This document shows, piece after piece, positions 12,869 to 24,381 of a stretch of DNA of 64,000 bases (its first letter is position 1; the number at the start of each line of letters is the position of its first letter). A program made the position numbers and the translations under genes. The notes below the pieces were generated by a model. That model saw only the letters and a program-made list of their open reading frames with translations. It had not been told where the DNA came from and made no database searches. This DNA is from Planctomycetota bacterium (GTDB taxonomy: Bacteria > Planctomycetota > UBA1135 > UBA2386). The stretch spans positions 544,001-608,000 of the forward strand of contig OZ245006.1 in assembly GCA_965223545.1 (NCBI GenBank). Direction: 5' to 3'.

Positions 12869-15484
12869 ATGCAGACCAGACCGCATCCGACCGGGGCCTT
12901 CGCGGCCGCTCTCCTCGGCACCCTGCTGGGGTTGCCCGTCGCTATCCTGCCGGGCCAGCAGCAGTTCGACGCACTGGGCAAGCGACACCTGCCCGCCACG
13001 GGCGGGGGGCCAACCGTCGTCGTCGACGTCGATGGCGACGGCGACCAGGACGCTGTGATCCTCGACATCGTGTGCCGGAACGACGGCGAAGGCGTGTTCA
13101 CGGCCGCCGGGCGCCTGCCGGCCATGCCCCCCTTCGTCGGAGATCTGGCCGCGGGTGACGTCGACGGCGACGGCGACGCGGACATCGTGGTCGCGGTCGG
13201 ATCCGGCCAGCAGAACTTGCTCTACGTCAACGACGGCACCGGCGCGTTCACCGCCGCCGCGCCGGCGCGCATGCCGGTCGCCCTCGACAGCTCGAACGCC
13301 GCAGCGCTCGACGACGTCGATCGCGACGGCGACCTCGACATCGTGTTCGGCAACGCGCCCGGCCTGCCCGCCAACCCGCAGAACCGGCTGTATCTGAACG
13401 ACGGTGCCGGCGTCTTCACGGACGTGACCGCGGCGCGGATGCCCGCGATCCAGGACAACACGGCCGCGGTAGTCGTCGTGGACGTCGACGGCGATGGCTC
13501 TGGCGACATCGTCGTCGCCAACAACAACGAACAGACCCGCCTGCTCCTGAACGACGGCGGGGGGTTCTTTGCCGATGCCACGGCCACGCACGTGCCCCAG
13601 GACACCGGCGCCCAGGCCATCGCGTGGGCCGATGTCGACGGCGACAACGATCCGGACCTCGTGCTGGCGCGCGGGCAGACGCCGCTCCAGAACCGGCTGT
13701 ACCTGAACGACGGCAGCGGCATCTTCACCGACGGGACGGCGGCGCGGATGCCCGTCGACGACGACTGCACGTACGCCGTGGCGCTCGACGACGTCGATCG
13801 CGATGGCGATGTCGACGTCGTGTTCGGGAACTACGGTCAGGACCGGCTCTACCGCAACGACGGCAGCGGGGTCTTCGTGGACGCCACCGCGACCCACCTC
13901 CCGGACGACCAGTCGGGGACGGGCGTGCTCGTGTTCGGCGACGTCGACAGCGACAGCGACGCCGATCTGCTGCTCGGCGATCGGCTGTACCTGAACGACG
14001 GCGGTCGCAGGTTCGTCGACGCCACGGCCGGGCACGTCCCCAGCACAGAGGAGTACTTGTTGGCCGCGGTGCTCGACGATCTGGACGGAGACGGCGACCT
14101 GGACCTCGTCGGCGGGGGCGGATCTCGAAATCGGCTGTATCTCAACGACGGCCGCGGCACGTTCACGGATGTCACGGACGCGAGGTTGCCGCCCGACTCG
14201 GGGATCGCGCCCGTGGCGCTCGGCGACGTCGACGGTGACGGTGACCTGGACCTCGTCGCTGGCGGCGGCCCCTTCTCTGGCTCCGGCACCGGCCAGACAC
14301 GGCTCTTGCTGAACGACGGCAACGCGACGTTCACGGACGCGACCGCGGCACGGATGCCCGTCGACAACGACGCGACCGCCTCGGTCGTGCTGGAGGACGT
14401 CGACGCGGACGGCGACCTCGACCTCGTCCTCGGCAACACGAGCTGGTCGAGCAGCGGCCCGGGCGTCCAGAACCGCCTCTATCTCAACGACGGTAGCGGT
14501 ACCTTCGCCGATGCCACCCCCGGGCGGATGCCGCCGGACACGGACCGGACGGCGGTCGTCGTGCTCGTCGACGTGGAGGGTGACGGGGACCCGGATCTGG
14601 TGTGCGGCAACGTGGGACATTACTGGGGGCAAACGGGTCCGGACCGGCTCTACCTGAATGACGGCAGCGGCTTCTTCACCGAAGCCACCGCGGGGCGGCT
14701 GCCCGCGGTCTCGTTCGGAACCACCGCCATGGTCTCGGCCGACGTCGACGGCGACGGCGATTTCGATTTGTTCGCGACAGGCTCCGACTACGCCTTCTAC
14801 CAGCCGCTGTCGGAGCAGCTCTACCTGAACGACGGCAGCGGGGCGTTCACCGATGTCACCGCGTCCCGACTACCCGGGACCGCCGGCGGCGGGCCCGCTG
14901 CGGCCGGGGACGTCGATGGCGACGGCGATCAGGACTTCGTGCTGGGAGGCGACCCGAAGGCGCTCTACCTGAACGATGGCAACGGGTTCTTCTCCGACGC
15001 GTCCTCACCGCGCATGCCGGCACGCCGCTCCTCCTCGGAGTACTTCGCGGCGTGCGCCCTCGGCGATGTGGACGGCGACGCCGACCTCGACATCGTGTGG
15101 GGTGGCCAGCGCTCGCTGGTCCTGGACTTCAACCTTCAGCGCCAGCTCGACGCGCCACTGCTGATGCGCAGCGGCCGCACCTACACCCTAGAAGTCTACG
15201 CCCGCTACGGCCCGCCGAGCGTGGCCGATGTCGCGGTGCCGTTCATCTCGACCGGCACGGCCCTGATCCCCCTGCCGCCACTCGGCACGCTGGGCCTCGA
15301 CCCCACGCAGATGCTGGCGCTCCCCGTGTTCGTCATCCCCCAACCGGCTGGCGTGGGCTCGGTGAGCCTCTCGGTCCCGAACCTGCCGGGTCTGGTCGGG
15401 GTCACCATCTACTCCCAGGCGCTGCTGATGCAGGACCCATACGCGCGGCGGCTGACCAACGTCGCGGCCGACGTGATCCTGTGA
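12869..15484 (+). CDS. Secreted FG-GAP/VCBS-repeat protein
   Basis: Signal peptide, then more than ten repeats of DVDGDGDLD(L/I)V...NRLYLNDG.G.F.D.T..RMP, then a C-terminal beta-rich domain. Confidence 0.92.
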   Translation: MQTRPHPTGAFAAALLGTLLGLPVAILPGQQQFDALGKRHLPATGGGPTVVVDVDGDGDQDAVILDIVCRNDGEGVFTAAGRLPAMPPFVGDLAAGDVDGDGDADIVVAVGSGQQNLLYVNDGTGAFTAAAPARMPVALDSSNAAALDDVDRDGDLDIVFGNAPGLPANPQNRLYLNDGAGVFTDVTAARMPAIQDNTAAVVVVDVDGDGSGDIVVANNNEQTRLLLNDGGGFFADATATHVPQDTGAQAIAWADVDGDNDPDLVLARGQTPLQNRLYLNDGSGIFTDGTAARMPVDDDCTYAVALDDVDRDGDVDVVFGNYGQDRLYRNDGSGVFVDATATHLPDDQSGTGVLVFGDVDSDSDADLLLGDRLYLNDGGRRFVDATAGHVPSTEEYLLAAVLDDLDGDGDLDLVGGGGSRNRLYLNDGRGTFTDVTDARLPPDSGIAPVALGDVDGDGDLDLVAGGGPFSGSGTGQTRLLLNDGNATFTDATAARMPVDNDATASVVLEDVDADGDLDLVLGNTSWSSSGPGVQNRLYLNDGSGTFADATPGRMPPDTDRTAVVVLVDVEGDGDPDLVCGNVGHYWGQTGPDRLYLNDGSGFFTEATAGRLPAVSFGTTAMVSADVDGDGDFDLFATGSDYAFYQPLSEQLYLNDGSGAFTDVTASRLPGTAGGGPAAAGDVDGDGDQDFVLGGDPKALYLNDGNGFFSDASSPRMPARRSSSEYFAACALGDVDGDADLDIVWGGQRSLVLDFNLQRQLDAPLLMRSGRTYTLEVYARYGPPSVADVAVPFISTGTALIPLPPLGTLGLDPTQMLALPVFVIPQPAGVGSVSLSVPNLPGLVGVTIYSQALLMQDPYARRLTNVAADVIL

Positions 15485-15572
15485 CGCGCGCGGGCGTGCT
15501 GGGGGCACGGGCGTCTGCGCTCAGCGTGGCCGTCCGGTCGCATCTCCCGCACAGACTTCTTCGAGGAGGGGG

Positions 15573-15600
15573 TTGACCGACGCCGATGACCTGATACACA
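15573..15600 (+). promoter_or_regulatory. Possible promoter of the ilv leader
   Basis: TTGACC (15573-15578), 16 nt spacer, TG-n-TACACA extended -10-like element. Confidence 0.25.
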
Positions 15601-15722
15601 TCTCCGCCCTTTATCCCATGAAGCACACGCCGTCGACCCCTGCCGCATGCAACGTGAGCACACTCACGTCGGCGCTGTCGTGCGCGCGTCGTAACGGGAT
15701 TCTCGGGGCGTTCGGCCCGTGC

Positions 15723-15800
15723 ATGGCGGCTTCGCAGGTCGCCGCGTCGCCGGTCGTCGTCGTACTTCTTTCGGTTATCGACCCCGGAGGGGTGCGGTAG
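15723..15800 (+). CDS. ilvL: ilv operon leader peptide MAASQVAASPVVVVLLSVIDPGGVR
   Basis: 25 aa ORF with a run of branched-chain codons (VVVVLLSVI) directly before a terminator and the ilvD gene. An upstream in-frame ATG at 15618 is an alternative start. Confidence 0.8.
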   Translation: MAASQVAASPVVVVLLSVIDPGGVR

Positions 15801-15828
15801 GCAACGCGGCTGATCCCAGCGCACGTAG

Positions 15829-15871
15829 AGAGCCCCGCACTCCTCCGAGGAGTGCGGGGCTCTTTTCGTTT
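15829..15871 (+). terminator. Intrinsic attenuator terminator of the ilv operon
   Basis: Perfect 16 bp stem AGAGCCCCGCACTCCT (15829-15844) / AGGAGTGCGGGGCTCT (15848-15863), followed by TTTCGTTT, about 50 nt before the ilvD ATG. Confidence 0.88.
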
Positions 15872-15923
15872 GCCCCGGGATCGCCGTTCGCGCGACGCAC
15901 CTGCTCGAACCAGCAGACCAGCG

Positions 15924-17638
15924 ATGAACAGCAATGCGATCAAACTGGGCCCCGAACGGGCTCCCGCCCGCGCCATGCTCAAGGCCACCGGCCTCGACGA
16001 TGCAGCGATCGACCGACCGTTGGTCGCGATCGTCAACACGTGGACCGAAGTCACGCCGTGCAACCTGCATCTGCGAGACCTCGCCCCTCACGTCAAGCAG
16101 GGCGTCCGGGACGCCGGTGGCACGCCGCTCGAGTTCAACACGATCGCGGTGTCCGACGGCATCGCGATGGGCACCGACGGCATGCGCGCGTCGCTGATTT
16201 CGCGCGAGGTAATCGCCGATTCGATCGAACTCGCCGTGCGCGGGCACAGCCTGGATGCCGTGATCGTGCTGGTCGGCTGCGACAAGACGATCCCGGCCGC
16301 GGCGATGGCGCTGGCGCGACTCGACCTGCCGGGCGTGATCCTCTACGGCGGCTCGATCGCGCCAGGAACATTCGACGGTCGCGACGTCACCATCCAGGAC
16401 GTGTTCGAAGGGGTCGGCGCGTTCGCGGCCGGCGCGCTCGATCGCGACGGGTTGCGACGGCTCGAGGACAACGCATGCCCCGCGGCCGGCGCATGCGGCG
16501 GGCAGTTCACGGCCAACACCATGGCGCTTGCACTGACCATGCTGGGCCTGTCGCCGATGGGCGCCAACGACGTGCCGGCGACACACCCCGACAAGGCCCC
16601 AGTGGCCCGCCGCTGCGGGGAAATCGTCATGCGCGCGTTCGCCGAGTCACGCAGCGCGCGCGCCCTGATCACCGAGAGTTCACTGCGCAACGCCGCGACC
16701 GCGGTGCTGGCGACCGGCGGCTCGACCAACGCCGTGCTCCACCTGCTCGCGATCGCCGGTGAAGCCGGAGTCGCCTTCCCGATCGACACGTTCAACGAGT
16801 TGTCCGAACGCACGCCGGTGCTCACCGACCTGAAGCCAGCAGGCCGCTTCACCGCCGTCGACTTCCACGCGGCCGGCGGCACACCCGAACTGGTGTCGCG
16901 CCTACGGGCCGCCGACCTGTGCACCGACACGCCGACGATCACCGGCGAAACGCTGTTCGAAGCAACCGCAAGGACGGACCTCAACGCCGATCGACGGCCA
17001 CCAGCACAGCCCGTGTTCCGCGACCTCGACGGGGCGCCAGAACGCGGCCTCGCGATCCTGTTCGGCAACCTCGCCCCTGACGGGTGCGTGGTCAAGCTCT
17101 GTGGCCACACGGTGGATCGGTTCGCGGGACCCGCGCGCGTTTTCGACGGAGAAGAACCCGCGTTCGCCGCCGTGCAGCACGGCGAAATCGCACGCGGTGA
17201 CGTGATCGTCATCCGCAACGAGGGACCGCGCGGCGGCCCGGGCATGCGCGAGATGCTCTCGGTGACCGCAGCGGTCATCGGCCGCGGCCTCGGCGAGCAC
17301 GTCGCCCTGATCACCGACGGTCGCTTCAGCGGCGCCACCTACGGCCTGATGGTCGGCCATGTCGCACCGGAGGCCGCGGCCGGCGGACCGATTGCCAGGT
17401 TGCGCGACGGCGATCGCATCACGATCGACGTGACCGAGAAGCGCCTCGCGACCGATGCCGTCCTCACTGCTCGCGCCTCGACGCTGCCCACCCGGCCGGA
17501 GCCGCCTGGCGCGCTGACCAAGTACGCCGCGCTTGTGCAGTCCGCCGCGATCGGTGCACCCACCAGCACACCGAACACGACTTCCCCCGCTACCTGCGGC
17601 AGTTCCCCCTCCCAACGCCAAACGACCGGAGAATCACG

Positions 17639-17642
<4 letters not shown>
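15924..17642 (+). CDS. ilvD: Dihydroxy-acid dehydratase
   Basis: [80 protein letters not shown]. Confidence 0.97.
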
Positions 17643-18663
<1,021 letters not shown>

Positions 18664-18667
<4 letters not shown>

Positions 18668-20424
18668 ACCCGCAACTCGCGCGCAACCGTGAACACGACG
18701 CCTCGGCGCACGCCGGAGCGAACGACATCGGCGCGTCCACGGCCAGCGACAACGAAACCGGCGCACAGGCGCTCGTGCGCGAACTCGAGGCGCTCGACGT
18801 GCGACGCGTGTTCGGCTACCCGGGCGGCGCGATCATGCCCGTCTACGACGCGTTGCTCGACAGCGGGATCGAGCATGTGCTGGTGCGGCACGAGCAGGCG
18901 GCGGCACTGGCGGCATGCGGGCAGGCACGGGTGAGCAACGACGTCGGCGTCTGCATCGCGACGTCGGGCCCCGGCGCGACCAACCTGATCACCGGCATCG
19001 CCGACGCGTTTGCCGACTCGGTGCCGCTGGTCGCGATCACTGGCCAGGTGCCGACGGCGCTGATCGGCACGAACGCGTTCCAGGAGGTCGACATCTTCGG
19101 CATGACGCTGCCAATCGTGAAGCACAGCTTCATGGTGCGCTCGGCGGAAGACGTGCGTAATACGCTGCGACGCGCGTTCGCGATCGCGCGCTCAGGGAGG
19201 CCGGGGCCCGTGCTCGTCGACCTGCCGAAGGACGTGGCGCTGGCCTGCGTGGGTCGCAATCCGTCGCCACGCGAAGGCGATGCGACGTCGCCGAACGCGT
19301 CGCCAGAACCCGGCCTACTCGAACGAGCGACCCGGCTGATGCGAACGGCCAACCGACCGATCGTCTACGCCGGCGGAGGCATCGTGCGCGGCGAGGCGAC
19401 CGCGGCGTTCCGCGGCTTCGTCGAGCAACTCGGCGCACCGGTGGTGACCACGTTGAACGGCATCGGCACGCTGCCGAGCGATCACGAGCTGCTGCTCGGC
19501 ATGCTCGGCATGCACGGTTCGCGCGCGGCGAACGTCGCCGCGCAGGAAGCGGACCTGCTGATCTGCCTCGGCGCACGCTTCGACGATCGCGCCACCGGGC
19601 GGCTCAACGCGTTCGCGCCACGCGCGCGCGTACTGCACGTTGACATCGATCGCGCCGAACTCGGCAAGCTGAGGCAGGCGCATCTGGCGATCGCGGCGAA
19701 CGTGCGCGACTTCCTGACCCACGTGACAATCGACCGACCGGCGATCGAAGCGTGGCGACGGTCCTGCCTGCACCGACGGGATGACGACGCGCAGCACGTC
19801 AGCAGCCACGGCGACTCGATCGATGCCCCGAGCTTCCTGCGCGAGCTAACCGGGCGCGACCCCGGTCGCTGGATCGTGACCTGTGACGTCGGCCAGCATC
19901 AGATGTGGGTCGCGCAACACGCTCGCTTCACCGAACCGTGCCAGCACCTGTCGAGCGGCGGCCTCGGCACGATGGGGTTCGGTCTGCCGGCCGCGATCGG
20001 CGCCGCGCTCGCGCGTCCGGACCGTGACGTGATCACCATCTCGGGCGACGGCAGCTTCCTGATGAACGTGCAGGAGCTGGCGACGGTGCGCCGCTACCGG
20101 ATCCCACTCAAAATTGTCGTGCTGGACAACTCCGCGCTCGGCCTGGTGAGGCAATGGCAGACGCTCTTCTACGAACGGCGACACAGCGAGATCGACCTCT
20201 CCGACAACCCGGACTTCGTCGCGGTCGCCGAGTCGTTCGGCATCCCGGCGTTGCGCTGCGCGCGGCCAGCCGACGTGCCCGGGACGATCGACGCCCTCGA
20301 GTCGACCAATGGCCCGCTGCTCGTGCACGTGCCGATCGACGCACGCGCGAACGTGTGGCCGCTGGTGCCGCCCGATCATGCGAACGACCAGATGCTGGAG
20401 GAGCCGCCATGCGGAGCATACTGA
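18664..20424 (+). CDS. ilvG: Acetolactate synthase large subunit (IlvG/IlvB type)
   Basis: FGYPGGAIMPVYDAL, RHEQAA, TSGPGATNL, DVGQHQMW, SGGLGTMGFGLPAA, GDGSFLMNVQEL. ATG 18664 overlaps the ilvC stop. The G versus B assignment rests on the short IlvM-like partner. Confidence 0.92.
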
Positions 20425-20699
20425 AGCTCGTGTTCGACGACCAACCCGGCGAGCTCCTCCGGCTGCTCGGGATGATCGAGCGTCGCCTGTTTCGCATCGA
20501 AGCGTTGCGCACGGAGCCGGTCGCGACGAGTGGCATGACGCAGGTCACGGTCGAGCTGAGCGGCACCAACACCCCACACGTCCTCGCCAGGCAGCTCGCC
20601 GTCCGTGAAGGCGTCGAGGCCGTCACCACGACCCTACTGACCGCCAACCGTTCCGCGATCCCCCAGCTTCGCTCCGCAGACTCCACACCCACGCCATGA
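20409..20699 (+). CDS. ilvM: ACT-domain acetolactate synthase small subunit (IlvM-like)
   Basis: 96 aa MRSILKLVFDDQPGELLRLLGMIERRLFRIEAL...LARQL, a single ACT domain lying between the large subunit and ilvE. Confidence 0.75.
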   Translation: MRSILKLVFDDQPGELLRLLGMIERRLFRIEALRTEPVATSGMTQVTVELSGTNTPHVLARQLAVREGVEAVTTTLLTANRSAIPQLRSADSTPTP

Positions 20700-21712
20700 G
20701 CACCGCCTCCTTCGGAAACATCACGACCCCGCACATGCTGCGCCAACGCCATCGCGGCGGCCGCTGGCATGCCCCCGAAATCGTGCCATTCGGCGAGATC
20801 TCGATGTCACCGCTCGCCAAGGGGATCAACTACGGGCAGAGCGTCTTCGAAGGTATGAAGGCCTACCGCTCGACCGATGGCGATGTCGCCCTGTTCCGTC
20901 CGCGCGATCATCTGCGACGGCTGCAGCGGTCGGCCGCGCGGCTGTGCATGCCCCCGGTCGACATCAGCACGCTGCTGCCTGCGATGCTCGAGCTGATCCG
21001 GCGGGACGATGCCTTGGTCCCGGCGCATCCCGGCTCGCTCTACGTACGCCCCGTGCTGTTCGCATCGGAGGCTACGCTGATGCCGTGCGCGGCGGACGAG
21101 TTCGAGCTGGTCGTCGCGTTGTGCCCGGTACAGGACTACATCGCCGCACCCGACGGCCTGCGGCTGGCCACGTGCAGCGACTACGTGCGCGCCGCGCCCG
21201 GCGGCACGGGGTCGATCAAGTGTGCGGGCAACTACGCCGCCGCGATGCCAGCCATCGAACGCGCCCGCCGCGACGGATTCGACGAGGCGCTGTGGCTCGA
21301 CGCGGTTGAGCGGCGCTGGCTCGAGGAGGCCGGCTCGATGAACCTGCTTTACGTTCGTCACGGGCTCCTGTTGTCACCGCCCGACAGCGACACCGTGCTG
21401 CCCGGCATCACGCACGCCAGCTTGTCTGCGCTCGCGCACGAGAGCGGCCTCGAGGTCGGTCGGGAACGGCTGTCGATCGACGCACACGACTGGCACGACA
21501 TCGAGGAGGTGCTGGCTTGCGGAACGGCCGCCGGCCTGATGAGCGTGCGCGAGGTCGTGCACGACGGGGCGCGGCTGTTCTCGCGAGAGTCTCCTGGCCC
21601 CGTCTATCACGACCTCGCCAACCGGCTCACCGCCGCACGATTTGGTCACGACGGTGACCCGCGTGGCTGGCGTGTAGGGGTCGGTTCGCACTCGAATGCG
21701 CTAACCTGGTGA
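20696..21712 (+). CDS. ilvE: Branched-chain amino acid aminotransferase
   Basis: INYGQSVFEGMKAY, LFRP..H..RL..SA.RLCMP, GSIKCAGNYA (PLP Lys), EEAGSMN, LPGITH, CGTAA. Confidence 0.93.
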   Translation: MSTASFGNITTPHMLRQRHRGGRWHAPEIVPFGEISMSPLAKGINYGQSVFEGMKAYRSTDGDVALFRPRDHLRRLQRSAARLCMPPVDISTLLPAMLELIRRDDALVPAHPGSLYVRPVLFASEATLMPCAADEFELVVALCPVQDYIAAPDGLRLATCSDYVRAAPGGTGSIKCAGNYAAAMPAIERARRDGFDEALWLDAVERRWLEEAGSMNLLYVRHGLLLSPPDSDTVLPGITHASLSALAHESGLEVGRERLSIDAHDWHDIEEVLACGTAAGLMSVREVVHDGARLFSRESPGPVYHDLANRLTAARFGHDGDPRGWRVGVGSHSNALTW

Positions 21713-22578
21713 CCCTCGGGGTGACCATCCCTCTGAAGCGCGCCCCAGCATCGGCTCAACCCATGGTGACCTCTCCCGTCTCCCCCGTCCGATTCGCGTC
21801 TCGGCCAGCGTCGACGCAAACGGCGGCAACTGTGGACGGCTACAGCATTCTGGAGTGGCCGCGCGAGGTTCCACCCCCCGAAGTCATTACGCCAGCTCCA
21901 GGCGCGCGGCTGGTCTTCATTCTGAAAGGCGCGGCAACGGCGCCAAGAACTCGGTCCGCTTGGCCATCCAAACTGGCAATCGCCCAGCACGTCGCGCCGA
22001 TCGCGATTCGAAGCAGCGCCGCGCTGCGAATCCTCGAGGTGAGGCTCCGCCCAGGAGCTGCGCGTGCACTGTTCGGTATTGATCCCCGCAGATCCCCCAT
22101 CGTTTCCCCAATGGAGACTTGGCTCGGTCGCACACTGTTCGGGATCGAGCAATCGCTGCACGCGCACACGGACGACGAGGGCAGGCTGGCCGCAGTGGCG
22201 TCCGCAGTTGAGGCGATAGTGGCAACCTCGCGCCGAACCGTTCCGCCTTTGGTCGAGGAGGCAGTGCGGCGACTCGATCAGACCCCCGCCTCCTCGATCT
22301 CGAAGCTCGCTCGCGAGCTGGACGTCCACGAGCGCAAGCTCGAGCGGCAGTTTCTCGCCTGGACGGGCTTGCCGCCCAAACGGTATGCCCGCCTGTCCCG
22401 ATTCCTCGGGTTCGTGGCAGAGCTGAAGCGCTGCGCAGGGAGAACGCTGGCCGAGCTGGCCCACCGCCACGGATTCAGCGATCAGGCTCATCTGTCGCAC
22501 GAAGCACGGCGCCTCTTCGGTGCGACTCCGGGGACTCTCCGGCACGATGCACCACGCTATCGATCGACCCGGCACTGA
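21709..22578 (+). CDS. AraC-family transcriptional regulator (start uncertain; ATG 21763 possible)
   Basis: C-terminal double HTH: LARELDVHERKLERQFLAWTGLPPKRYARL.RF...LAELAHRHGFSDQAHLSHEARRLFGATP. Confidence 0.88.
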   Translation: MTLGVTIPLKRAPASAQPMVTSPVSPVRFASRPASTQTAATVDGYSILEWPREVPPPEVITPAPGARLVFILKGAATAPRTRSAWPSKLAIAQHVAPIAIRSSAALRILEVRLRPGAARALFGIDPRRSPIVSPMETWLGRTLFGIEQSLHAHTDDEGRLAAVASAVEAIVATSRRTVPPLVEEAVRRLDQTPASSISKLARELDVHERKLERQFLAWTGLPPKRYARLSRFLGFVAELKRCAGRTLAELAHRHGFSDQAHLSHEARRLFGATPGTLRHDAPRYRSTRH

Positions 22579-22775
22579 GCCTCGGGGTCCGCGAATCTTC
22601 GAGCGGCGACAACACTTCCGAAGGCCGGTTGACGTCACGAGTTCCATACCGCAACTCCCGGACGCTGAGAAGCAACACTGGCGTCTGCGCTCAGCGCGGC
22701 GGCGGATGTGTCAGAACTTCCAACCCGCTCCGGCAGGAGCGGCATCCGTGCTTGGTTGCGGCCCCAGCCGCGCTG
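22576..22775 (+). repeat. ~200 bp structured intergenic repeat, copy 1
   Basis: Aligns by eye over its whole length with the reverse complement of 32964-33163, including long identical runs such as caacactggcgtctgcgctcagcgcggcg and cggatgtgtcagaacttccaacccgctccggca. Confidence 0.92.
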
Positions 22776-22849
22776 GGAAGTGACCCGCGATTGGAACGCT
22801 GTCGGATCTCTACAAGACCTGCGCCCGACCAGCTTGTAGAGATCGCGAC

Positions 22850-23908
22850 ATGTCACCCTCCAGTCGTTTCGTGGCCTGCATCCTGGCCGCCCTATCACCC
22901 TGTGCCCATGGTCAAGACCTGACCCATGAACTCGACAAGCACTTCGAGAACCGCGCAGCCGACGGGTTCTCAGGCGCGGTGCTCATCGCCGAAGGCGACG
23001 ACGTGCTCCTTCGTGCGGGGTACGCCGGGTCAGACGTGGCAGAACATGCCCGCATCACTCCGCAAACCGGTTTCGACATCGGCTCGCTGACGAAGGTCTT
23101 CACCGCCGCGGCGATCTACAAGCTGATCGCGGAGGGTAAACTGACGCCGTCCACGACGCTGGCAGACGTCTTCGGCGACGTACCGGAGGAGAAGTCCGAA
23201 ATCACGATCGCGCAGCTCGTGCGACATACGTCCGGGCTGCCGGATCTCGTCGACGCTCGCGCCCGCGAGACGCGCTACGAGGTGGCCTACGACGAAGAGC
23301 TCGTCGAACGCGATGAGCTCGTGCGACGCGTGATGGCGACTGAGCTGCGTTCGAACCCAGGTGAGACGCGACGCTATTCAAACCTCGGCTACAGTCTCCT
23401 CGGGGTCGTGATCGAGGTCGTCGCCGGTCGTCCCTACGAGGAGTACGTTCGCGAGGCGATTCTCGTCCCCGCCGGGATGAACCGCACTGGCTACACTTCG
23501 GTCGAGTGGGACAAGGCCGACCTCGCAGTGGGGTCTCTCGATGGCCAGCCGTGGGGCACACCGCTCGACCGAGCATGGCTCTCCGACGGCCCATCTTGGA
23601 ACCTCCGAGCCGCTGGGGGAATGATCTCCACCATCGACGACCTGCATCGTTGGGTACGCGCACTCGAGGAGGGAACGCTGCTCCCTCCCGGCATTCAAGA
23701 CGACTTTCTCCAAGCGATGGGAGTGCGAGCGAACTCTCGCGGAGTGCGAAGCATGGGGCCTGCAGGCTCGAACGGGATCTTCAGCGCCGTCTATCTCTGG
23801 CGCATCGAGGAGCGTCGACTCGTGATCATCCTGGCCAACGTCGACGCCCATCCCGCGGAGGACGAGATTCGCGCACTGATGTCCGCTTGGCGGCGGAGAC
23901 GCAAGTGA
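22850..23908 (+). CDS. Secreted serine hydrolase, beta-lactamase class C-like family
   Basis: Signal peptide; FSGAVLIA; IGSLTK (SxxK); HTSGL; YSNLGY (YxN); AAGGMIST. Confidence 0.92.
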   Translation: MSPSSRFVACILAALSPCAHGQDLTHELDKHFENRAADGFSGAVLIAEGDDVLLRAGYAGSDVAEHARITPQTGFDIGSLTKVFTAAAIYKLIAEGKLTPSTTLADVFGDVPEEKSEITIAQLVRHTSGLPDLVDARARETRYEVAYDEELVERDELVRRVMATELRSNPGETRRYSNLGYSLLGVVIEVVAGRPYEEYVREAILVPAGMNRTGYTSVEWDKADLAVGSLDGQPWGTPLDRAWLSDGPSWNLRAAGGMISTIDDLHRWVRALEEGTLLPPGIQDDFLQAMGVRANSRGVRSMGPAGSNGIFSAVYLWRIEERRLVIILANVDAHPAEDEIRALMSAWRRRRK

Positions 23909-24381
23909 ACGCCGCGACGTCCAGGGCGGGAAGATCGCAGCCAGTGCTCGCCGACACGCCAGCGCCACCCGGATCGCTTCCACGGCGGCATCCGTGACTG
24001 GACGCGGCCGAGCCGTGTGGTGCTGAATCCACAGGAGTTGGGGCAGTGCCGAGAAGCCGGATGATGAGCAGTGAGCAGGCGACACGATACCCCCGGGCGC
24101 CCTCCTCCTAGGCAGCCTCGCCGGCGGTTGTGTAGAGGCCCGAGCAGGTACTCGGCGAGGTCCGGCGGACAACGCTCCCCGGAGCAAGCAGATGCCCGGC
24201 GTCGCCGCCATCATCGCTGCTGCGCCGCAGCGACTGACGCACTGACGCACAGGAAGGAACACACTCAGGCGGCAACTACCCTGACTCAGGGGGGTGGAGC
24301 CTCCCGGAAACAACGACCTTTTCGTTGAAGCTCTTCACCGTCTGGCTTCCGCGTGGGGACAGGAGCGGAGGCGCCTCATCG

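Noticed and set aside
12990..15110. Regularly recurring DNA motifs (gacgtcgacggcgacggcgac, ctgaacgacggc) as a CRISPR-like array
   Set aside because: They are in-frame FG-GAP protein repeats with synonymous variation inside a long ORF. No cas genes are present.
22576..22775. The structured repeat as an integron attC site
   Set aside because: It follows stop codons but lacks recognisable RYYYAAC/GTTRRRY core boxes, the copies are in opposite orientations, and no integrase is present.
23910..24380. Intergenic gap as an ncRNA or small gene
   Set aside because: No recognisable RNA motif, strong hairpin or credible ORF.
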